Shown here in pieces: positions 9,224-16,484 of a stretch of 64,000 nt of DNA. A program made the position numbers and the translations under genes. The notes beneath the pieces were generated by a model. That model did no database searches and was not told the origin of the DNA. It worked only from the letters and a program-made list of their open reading frames with translations. The stretch is from IMG/VR virus record IMGVR_UViG_3300037249_000698, positions 31,134 to 95,133 of that record. One strand, 5' to 3'. Positions within the stretch are counted from its first letter, which is position 1. Each line of letters begins with the position of its first letter. Origin of the DNA: a virus. Its lineage: Duplodnaviria > Caudoviricetes.

Positions 9224-9481
9224 ATGAACAAATCATTATTAGTTAAAAGTGCGTATATTAAACTTGAAAACAATGATGCTTATATTGTAAGGCAGTATGA
9301 AGATCGATTAAGTTTAGAGTTTAGTCCGGCGGGGGATCGTGAATTTTACGAAGTGCGGATTTCTCCTGTATTGAATAGCTTTATTAAATTGATTCAATGG
9401 TATAAGGCAGTAGAAAATTACAAATTTATTCAGATTGCCTACCGTCATTCTAAGGAATTTTTAAAAGTAAAAACAATTTAG
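9224..9481 (+). CDS. Early hypothetical protein
   Basis: AGGAG SD; promoter TTGACA 9154 / TATAAT 9177 with inverted repeat atagtgctatt/aatagcactat. Confidence 0.8.
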   Translation: MNKSLLVKSAYIKLENNDAYIVRQYEDRLSLEFSPAGDREFYEVRISPVLNSFIKLIQWYKAVENYKFIQIAYRHSKEFLKVKTI

Positions 9482-9502
9482 TTGTATTGTACTCCAGTGA
9501 TT

Positions 9503-9531
9503 AAAGGGACTAATTTTTTAGTCCCTTTTTT
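9503..9531 (+). terminator. Intrinsic terminator
   Basis: aaagggacta...tagtccc followed by T6. Confidence 0.8.
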
Positions 9532-9562
9532 GTTATTCCAGAAAAAACATAAAATTTAATAC

Positions 9563-9808
9563 AGGGACTATAAATTATTTGAAACAGGATAATTAAAACC
9601 AAAAACGGATTAAAAGTTATATTATAAAAATTACCATAAAGGGATTATAAATTATTCAGATAAATATAAATAATTGTGTAAACGGATTAAATTTTAAAGG
9701 GATTTTAAAAATTAAAAGTCAAGTAAATTAAATCAAAAATTAGATAAAAGTCACAAAATATTTTGAATGATAAACGGATTATTAAATTGTGCATAAAGTC
9801 ACAAAATA
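9563..9808. repeat. Degenerate direct-repeat tract (~77-bp period)
   Basis: aggga(c/t)tataaattatt at 9563 and 9640; aaacggatta at 9603, 9680, 9773; aaagtcacaaaata twice. Confidence 0.6.
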
Positions 9809-9899
9809 AATTAAAAAGTAATTGCAATTTGAATTTAATTTAATTATAATAGAATACATAAAATGATTAAGGCATAAATCAATTTTAGGAGTACACATT

Positions 9900-10226
9900 A
9901 TGAAACAATTTATTACATTTAAAAAACTGAAGAAGTGTTATGACATCGTTGTTTGTGGTGGTAATTTTTCTGAAATTGCAAAAAGTATTGAACCTGTATA
10001 CTATCATCACGGCAAATATGGATGGGATTGCGACATTATAACCGGATTTGTAGAACACGGAGATCGGGTGTATAGCGTTGCGGTGTGTTTAGGTTATCGT
10101 TGCATTGGTATGGAATTAAAAGGCATGTATGAGTTTATGCACGCTAAAAATGAACTTGCCAAAATGCACGTATTGAATGAAGAAGAATTTTGGATAGATT
10201 TACAAAATTTTGTATTTAAAAATTAA
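9900..10226 (+). CDS. Early hypothetical protein (G.YGW.CD motif)
   Basis: AGGAG SD; promoter TTGCAA 9822 / TATAAT 9845; CRP-like box 9788-9803. Confidence 0.8.
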   Translation: MKQFITFKKLKKCYDIVVCGGNFSEIAKSIEPVYYHHGKYGWDCDIITGFVEHGDRVYSVAVCLGYRCIGMELKGMYEFMHAKNELAKMHVLNEEEFWIDLQNFVFKN

Positions 10227-10264
10227 AGCACATGGCACATCAATTACACATTAAAATCACGCTT

Positions 10265-10293
10265 AAAGACTGATAAAAATATCAGTCTTTTTT
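10265..10293 (+). terminator. Intrinsic terminator
   Basis: aaagactgata/tatcagtc followed by T6. Confidence 0.8.
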
Positions 10294-11198
10294 ATTTATC
10301 CGCCAAAATATGATAGTTAAAACAGGTAGAAAGAATTTTACTCAAATAATAGTTTGACTTATTAAGAAGATATGGCATCAATCACTAAGAATTAACGCCA
10401 TAAGATCTAATAAGTGCCGTTTTTAATTCATAGTATTATATGTTAAATTCAGATTTTATAGTAAATTGTTTGACTTTTTTAAAAGTAAGTAATAAGTTTT
10501 AATTATCTCACGATATTTTATACTTATAATTCCGCTTAAAAACAAAAAGTAATACTTTATGAAAATTTAGTCTAATAAAAAAAATTACTCATAAAATGCA
10601 CTTTTTTAACGTTTTTTAAGGGATAGAGCACGATATACACATATTGGTATATGTCTTGTCAACCATTCCTATAGCAAACACCTAAAAGCCCAAAAATCAA
10701 AAATATAAATAATATATATTTTTTAAAAATGAAATATAGATATATATATCTACATCATTATATATTAGAGTATAAATATCATGGTATAGAGTAGTATTCA
10801 GTATTTAGAAAAAACCGAAGTAAAAGCATATTAAACATAGTAATTTAGTATGATATACAGCGTGTATATTTCAGTCTGATAATGCGGAATAGTTATCTAT
10901 ATGATGTGGTTTATTAGTCTGTATAGATACGTGATTATAACTGTATAGATAGAGTGACCATATAAGCGTAAAATCTCATAGAATAAGGCTAAATTGCAAA
11001 ATATCCGCTTGTAATAGTCCGGTAATATGGTTAATAGGGAAATACGCTACAGGGCAATAAAACACAAATAAACCGCATTTTTGACGATGTGTAATATTAG
11101 TGTGATATAAGTCAAAAAATTTATTAAATAATGATTGTAAAGTGAATTATATTTTGATACAATTTAAGTATGTAAAAACCATTTAAGGAGCGTAAACT

Positions 11199-11576
11199 AT
11201 GATAAAAAATTCAAATTTAAATGAAGTATTTTACAGTACTGTAAAAATGCTATTGGATGGAGTATGGAACGGAGCACAGGTTCTTTTTTCACAAAATTTA
11301 GACAAGGAGACTAAATTTGATATAGAGTTTAATATCAAAAAAAATGCCGGATCACAAAATTCTTACTCTGTAGAATTTAATGACATCGATTTAATCGATC
11401 CTTCCAATAATGCCGATCCCGCTAAATTTACAGTCTACACTGAAACTAGACTGTTTCAAGTGATTGACATGTTATTAGAGCACTCTATGTTAGACGGCAA
11501 TGCTAAATGCCGGATCTATGACTCAGACGGAGATAGAGTGTGTGAATTTTGTTTTGTGTGGGAAAGTGATATATAA
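11199..11576 (+). CDS. Acidic hypothetical protein
   Basis: AAGGAG SD; promoter TTGTAA 11135 / TACAAT 11158; CRP-like box 11101-11116. Confidence 0.8.
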   Translation: MIKNSNLNEVFYSTVKMLLDGVWNGAQVLFSQNLDKETKFDIEFNIKKNAGSQNSYSVEFNDIDLIDPSNNADPAKFTVYTETRLFQVIDMLLEHSMLDGNAKCRIYDSDGDRVCEFCFVWESDI

Positions 11577-11615
11577 TCGATATTGTTTCATGTAAAACAT
11601 TTAAGGAGTACAAAT

Positions 11616-11963
11616 ATGACATTATATGAAGAACTTTACAAAATCGTGAAAGAAAAAAAGGTTAAAGTCTGGAATTTTGCGGGTAATACTTATGAGTTCA
11701 CCCATTTTACAGGGAATCATCATTATCAGGTTAGACTTGCTTATGTGGGTAAATATTACGATGAGTATTTGACGACAACTCATATTGTAAAATTATCTAG
11801 ACATAATTTTGATTACATTATCAAAAAACTAATGTATCAAATTATCAGAAACACTTTAAGAAATTCCGCACAAGTTCGCTTTAATGTTTATTACGCTAAA
11901 CAAAAACTTGTGCAAGTTCACAGCTCTACAGGTGATTTTTACGGATGGAAAAAACCTGAGTAA
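11616..11963 (+). CDS. Basic hypothetical protein
   Basis: ATG after AAGGAG. Confidence 0.75.
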   Translation: MTLYEELYKIVKEKKVKVWNFAGNTYEFTHFTGNHHYQVRLAYVGKYYDEYLTTTHIVKLSRHNFDYIIKKLMYQIIRNTLRNSAQVRFNVYYAKQKLVQVHSSTGDFYGWKKPE

Positions 11964-12049
11964 AGTCACAAAATAATCTTTTCATAGCTTGCAAGTAATA
12001 TGCGAGCTATGATAGAATAGTCTTACAATTTAAATATAGGAGTAACAAT

Positions 12050-12256
12050 ATGAACAGTAACAACAGTATGCCGTATAACGCTTCAGTAGAAAAAACAGGA
12101 GTGATCTTGACTCTCATCGGTATGATAGCCGGCTTTTTTATCATGCTTTACGGCTTGGCAGTAAATAACGCTTATATCGGCTTGATCGGGTTATTCCTTA
12201 GTTTAGGTGTATTCATGTTAATGCCATTATTCTACAAGTTGGCTAAAATATTGTAA
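12050..12256 (+). CDS. Two-TM membrane protein
   Basis: Two hydrophobic segments; AGGAG SD; promoter TTGCAA 11989 with inverted repeat. Confidence 0.75.
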   Translation: MNSNNSMPYNASVEKTGVILTLIGMIAGFFIMLYGLAVNNAYIGLIGLFLSLGVFMLMPLFYKLAKIL

Positions 12257-12277
12257 CAATTACAGGGAGGAAACATT

Positions 12278-12526
12278 ATGAATTTATCTTATTGTGGTTT
12301 AATGCTTAATATCATGTTTGCTTTAACTCTATCCAGTAACACCAGTAATGCCCTTGTTATGCGTGATTTGCGTACACTCGAGACAATAGTCAATAACAAG
12401 AAGTCTAGTAAGGCAATCGATGTTAATGCACTTTTAAGCGAGTTTAAACAGGTTACACACCTTAAAATCAGTCATAATGACCTGTATAATTATTTCATGT
12501 TTCATGGTGTGAAGTTTCATGTATAA
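12278..12526 (+). CDS. Hypothetical protein
   Basis: GGAGG SD. Confidence 0.7.
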   Translation: MNLSYCGLMLNIMFALTLSSNTSNALVMRDLRTLETIVNNKKSSKAIDVNALLSEFKQVTHLKISHNDLYNYFMFHGVKFHV

Positions 12527-12595
12527 AGGTATGATATGTTACTTGTAATTATTGTGGCTATTGCATGTATTTGTTATGTGTGTTAGCCTAAAATT

Positions 12596-12624
12596 TAGCC
12601 GGAGCAATATCCGGCTATTTTTTT
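12596..12624 (+). terminator. Intrinsic terminator ending the early block
   Basis: tagccgga/tccggcta followed by T7. Confidence 0.85.
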
Positions 12625-12751
12625 GCCTGTTAAATATCCCATATAGTTTTTATATGCTTGACAACAAAATTTAATCTAATATAATTATTAAGTTAGATTT
12701 ATTTTTAGGTTGTCTATCTAACATAATATCACATATAATTATTATGCTTTA

Positions 12752-13017
12752 TACTTGACATAATATCTAGTATAATTTTTATATAGTGTAATTGACCTAA
12801 ATATACAGTATAATTTTTATACATATAATTTTTATACCAGACCAAACCAGCTTTTATACGTATGATATGGCTATAATTTTTATGTGGTATGCGTCTAAAA
12901 ACTAGGCGGAGGGGGCATACTTTTTATACCCATTTTTTGCCCTCGGAATATCTAAAGTTTCCCCTCTGATATAAAAAGTTTTACAACATTCCCCTCTGAT
13001 TCAAAAAATGTTACAAT
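12752..13017. repeat. Right boundary element: TATAATTTTTAT x4, G-rich run, 30-bp tandem repeat
   Basis: tataatttttat at about 12771, 12809, 12824, 12872; ggcggaggggg 12905-12915; ttcccctctgat...ttacaa at 12959 and 12989. Confidence 0.65.
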
Positions 13018-13052
13018 GTGCAAAAGCAAGATAGGTTTAATAAGGAGAGTCC

Positions 13053-14150
13053 ATGAGATATTTGATATGGTGTGAAGTCAATCGTGCGTGGCAAGAAGCA
13101 TGTTTAGTGTGGCTGTATTCACTGTGCAGGGAGTTGTGTTTTTGTGAGCATGAGGTAAAGGTTGTGATATTTTACGATGTAGGCAAAACCTCCGCTGACA
13201 ACAATGATACCAACACAATCTCATTCAGCAACCGTGTTCAGCAGATAGGGATGAGATTTAACGTAGAGATTGAGGTTGAATTATTTAGCAGTCGAGATTT
13301 TGTATCAGACCTCCCACCGACATTTGCATCAAACAGGTGTATTGACGAGGATAGTGTAGCGATAGCAATATCTAGGGTGATGAATTACAACAAGTTATTG
13401 TCTGACAATTTAGATAGCTCTATACAACCGATGATGTTATCTGCGGATAGTCGCAACGTAATCAACTCAAATCTACGGATATGCAATCCGAACGCCCCTG
13501 ACAACACCATCGACAACGGTGTGGTTTATATCCATTGTGATATTGACGGAATGTTTTTAGAGGATAGTAATTTAGAGTTATTATTTGACGGTATTGACTC
13601 TGTGATAGCTGACAATGATTCCCCATTGTTAATCGGCGTAAACGAGTATGATGATATTGAGCCTGCCTTATCCAAGACTCATTCAGAGGAGTTTATGACT
13701 AGGTTACAAGGCGTGTATTTAAATTGTGGTTTTATTTGTTTTTACAATGTACCAACATTTGACCTTGCTGAACTGAAAGACTTTTTATCTACCGAGGACT
13801 CTTACTGTTTAGAGCAAGACTATCTCAACTTATTAGGCTGTGACAATCCCTCTCTGACTCGCATTTGTTTACAACCTCAATACAATTACACTTACAGGAA
13901 GATGCTTGTCGAAACGCCAAAACAACCTTTTACGTTGCCTGTATTCGTACATTACTACGGCTCTGACAAACCGTTTTTACCGAATCCCAAATCTACTAAC
14001 GGTATAGACTCTGACGTAACGCCTGCGATAGCTCACTATTATTTTCCTGAATATGGTCAGTTAGTATTTAAGATTCGTTGCTTATTAAGCGTAGATTTTG
14101 TGAATTTAGTACGCAAAAGATGCGTAGAAGAATATTGGACTGAGCGATAA
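13053..14150 (+). CDS. Glycosyltransferase family 8-like protein
   Basis: DxD (DIDG), LNCGF, EQDYLN and VHYYGSDKPF motifs typical of GT8. Confidence 0.7.
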   Translation: MRYLIWCEVNRAWQEACLVWLYSLCRELCFCEHEVKVVIFYDVGKTSADNNDTNTISFSNRVQQIGMRFNVEIEVELFSSRDFVSDLPPTFASNRCIDEDSVAIAISRVMNYNKLLSDNLDSSIQPMMLSADSRNVINSNLRICNPNAPDNTIDNGVVYIHCDIDGMFLEDSNLELLFDGIDSVIADNDSPLLIGVNEYDDIEPALSKTHSEEFMTRLQGVYLNCGFICFYNVPTFDLAELKDFLSTEDSYCLEQDYLNLLGCDNPSLTRICLQPQYNYTYRKMLVETPKQPFTLPVFVHYYGSDKPFLPNPKSTNGIDSDVTPAIAHYYFPEYGQLVFKIRCLLSVDFVNLVRKRCVEEYWTER

Positions 14151-14196
14151 ACTACTGGTCAGAACGATAACCCTTACCACCAACAAGGTAATTATT

Positions 14197-14412
14197 ATGA
14201 ACAAGATTAAGTTATTTTTAGCCGAAACCATCACTCACAGTCTCTTTTGCTGTTTAGGCGGAGGGTTGCTGTATCTGATTTACCCCCTGCACCCGATAAT
14301 TGTTTCGGTACTTTTTCCGACAGTGTATTTTTATGTGTTGTATTTTTGTTATGACAACGTATCAAGGTTTATAAATCGTAAGTTGAGTGTGGTAAAGATT
14401 TTGGGTAGATAA
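14197..14412 (+). CDS. Two-TM membrane protein
   Basis: Hydrophobic 71-aa ORF, AAGG SD. Confidence 0.65.
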   Translation: MNKIKLFLAETITHSLFCCLGGGLLYLIYPLHPIIVSVLFPTVYFYVLYFCYDNVSRFINRKLSVVKILGR

Positions 14413-14575
14413 TTTTGGGCAGTAATTAAAAATTAAAATTTCAAAATTTTCTATTGACAAACTCATTTCAGAGGTGTAAACTAAGACTTACTTAGTCGGA
14501 GGCGGTATTATTTACTATCACTACCGCCATAACCCCGACACTACCCTCCCTTTATACTTTATTTAAGGAGAATAA

Positions 14576-15115
14576 ATGCTACAAAAAGAAAATGAAGATG
14601 TTATCTCGCATCTCAAACAGCGTGGCTACGACATTATCAGACAGCTACAAATTATCGACAAGGAATATGACGAAAATGATTTTCCCGACCCGAAAAAAGT
14701 TATCTCAAACGATACTATTGTTAAAGACCTGCTGTTAAGAGAGCCTAGAGTTATTGATTACAAAAACCTACGGCGGTCTGAAAAAGAATATTTATTGAAA
14801 CGTGCCGACTTAGGTCAGGAAAGTATCGACTATCGGTTAAGAATTGGATGGACATTAGAGGATGCGTATATGATTCCAAAAGCGTGTAAAAGACCTGTTA
14901 CCCCTAGAGTTTACAAAAACAAACCACAAAACTCCTACAACTTAAAACAGCTTGCCAAAGTTACTGGTATTCCTGCCGAATGTATCACTGACTTTGTTGA
15001 GGAATGGCTTTTTCCTGAACCGTCTGTCGCATCTCCTATGACTTGGAATAAAGAGACTTTTCCTGAAATAAAGAAATTTGTCAGACGTTACTTGAAAAAG
15101 GAGATAACATTATGA
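14576..15115 (+). CDS. Putative DNA-binding regulator (C-terminal MerR/excisionase-like HTH)
   Basis: YNLKQLAKVTGIP...FPEP...TW pattern; promoter TTGACA 14454. Confidence 0.5.
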   Translation: MLQKENEDVISHLKQRGYDIIRQLQIIDKEYDENDFPDPKKVISNDTIVKDLLLREPRVIDYKNLRRSEKEYLLKRADLGQESIDYRLRIGWTLEDAYMIPKACKRPVTPRVYKNKPQNSYNLKQLAKVTGIPAECITDFVEEWLFPEPSVASPMTWNKETFPEIKKFVRRYLKKEITL

Positions 15116-15384
15116 TGATAAAAGAACCTGTTAGCTGTGGAGAAGATGATTCCGAATCATCATCACCATTTTGGCAATACGTATTCTTCACAGTATTTAT
15201 TTTATTAGCCATTGTTTCTGTGGTAGTGTGTGCAGTCTTATACGACACTCGCACATCCGAAACAGTTGTGATTGATAGTCCTAAAACCAATCCCATCACC
15301 ATCCACTCCTACACTATTCAATGTACTCATAACGATGAATATTACTGTTCAGAGTACAAAGTGTATAAAATTATTAGAGATTAG
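15112..15384 (+). CDS. Single-TM membrane protein
   Basis: Hydrophobic helix, AAGGAG SD. Confidence 0.65.
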   Translation: MMIKEPVSCGEDDSESSSPFWQYVFFTVFILLAIVSVVVCAVLYDTRTSETVVIDSPKTNPITIHSYTIQCTHNDEYYCSEYKVYKIIRD

Positions 15385-15433
15385 AGAGATATTATTATGC
15401 AGTTAGTTATCAAATATAATACAAGGAGTTAAA

Positions 15434-15907
15434 ATGCAGTTAGTTATTAAATACTTACATCACGAAGAACAGCTTAAAAACACAACTTTCACCCCTCACG
15501 GTCAATCCGCAGGTTACGACCTATGTGTTGCCGTGGATGAACCTGTTGTTCTGCAACCTAATGAGTCAAAGTTACTCCCTACAGGTATTTCTTTACGCAT
15601 GTATCAATTTGACTGCGGTGGATTTATCTTTCCGAGAAGTGGTCTAGGCTCAAAAGGTATCGTTCTGCGTAATACCGTAGGCGTTATCGACCCTGACTAT
15701 ACAGGCGAGATTAAGTTAGCGGTGTGGAATACAACAAACGAACCTGTGACAATCGAGCCGTTTCAGCGTGTGGCACAAATTGTATTCCTGCCTGTGATAC
15801 ATCCATCTGTGTTTTACGCAAGCTCTACTGAATATACTTTGCCTGACCAAGAATTTAAAGGTGTAGTTACTCGTGGCGACAAAGGCTTTGGCTCGACAGG
15901 TATTTAA
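15434..15907 (+). CDS. dut: Trimeric dUTPase
   Basis: AGYDL, PRSGLG, GVIDPDYTGEI, RVAQI and RGDKGFGSTG motifs. Confidence 0.97.
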   Translation: MQLVIKYLHHEEQLKNTTFTPHGQSAGYDLCVAVDEPVVLQPNESKLLPTGISLRMYQFDCGGFIFPRSGLGSKGIVLRNTVGVIDPDYTGEIKLAVWNTTNEPVTIEPFQRVAQIVFLPVIHPSVFYASSTEYTLPDQEFKGVVTRGDKGFGSTGI

Positions 15908-15943
15908 AACATTTTGATATAAACATCTTCTAAGGAGTTTGCT

Positions 15944-16207
15944 ATGATTATGCTTATTGTAATTTTATTGGTTGTAGTTTTACCATTTACAATCTTTTAT
16001 GCTTTTGCATCTTCCGACCCAAGTGCGTGTGCTTTTACTATAACAGGCGTTATTATATGCCAGTTGCTTGACTCTGCATGTGGAACAACAGTATTTTTTC
16101 TAATTGTCGGCTCTATGTTTGCTTGGTGTTTTTACGTTATCGGTCAATTTTGTTATGACGCTTACAAAAATTACAAAAAAGGCAAAAAATGGTTCGATAT
16201 TGGCTAA
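15944..16207 (+). CDS. Membrane protein
   Basis: Multi-TM 87 aa, AAGGAG SD. Confidence 0.65.
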   Translation: MIMLIVILLVVVLPFTIFYAFASSDPSACAFTITGVIICQLLDSACGTTVFFLIVGSMFAWCFYVIGQFCYDAYKNYKKGKKWFDIG

Positions 16208-16247
16208 AAATACTTGCAAAACATTTTTAATTTGTTATAATAGCTAT

Positions 16248-16328
16248 ATCAAAGTTCATATTTTGATACTCCTTATGTGAAGTTGTTTGTGTTATACCCA
16301 CGGTCGCTTTTTGGCTGTGGGTTTTTTT
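16248..16328 (+). ncRNA. Candidate antisense sRNA A (anti-AUG loop plus anti-SD)
   Basis: TTGCAA 16214 -16- TATAAT 16236 (extended -10); no sense ORF; CAT 16257 and ACTCCTTA 16268; terminator 16297-16328. Confidence 0.6.
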
Positions 16329-16352
16329 ATATTTTGACGTTATATAATTCCA

Positions 16353-16388
16353 TTTGCTACTCTAATTGCTACTCTATTTGCTACTCAA
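16353..16388. repeat. 3 x 12-bp tandem repeat with core TTGCTACTC upstream of the lysis promoter
   Basis: tttgctactcta attgctactcta tttgctactcaa. Confidence 0.8.
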
Positions 16389-16484
16389 TTTACCCTTTAA
16401 AAGCGTTTTCTTAAACATAGTGTATAATATCCGTATAAAGATGTGTTAATAGTCGATAAATTATACGTAATAAGAGGTTGAGAG

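Noticed and set aside
420-12020. CRISPR array or integron attC array
   Set aside because: The units are whole genes separated by divergent promoter modules; there are no identical repeats with 30-40 nt spacers, no GTTRRRY/RYYYAAC boxes, and no integrase or cas gene in the window
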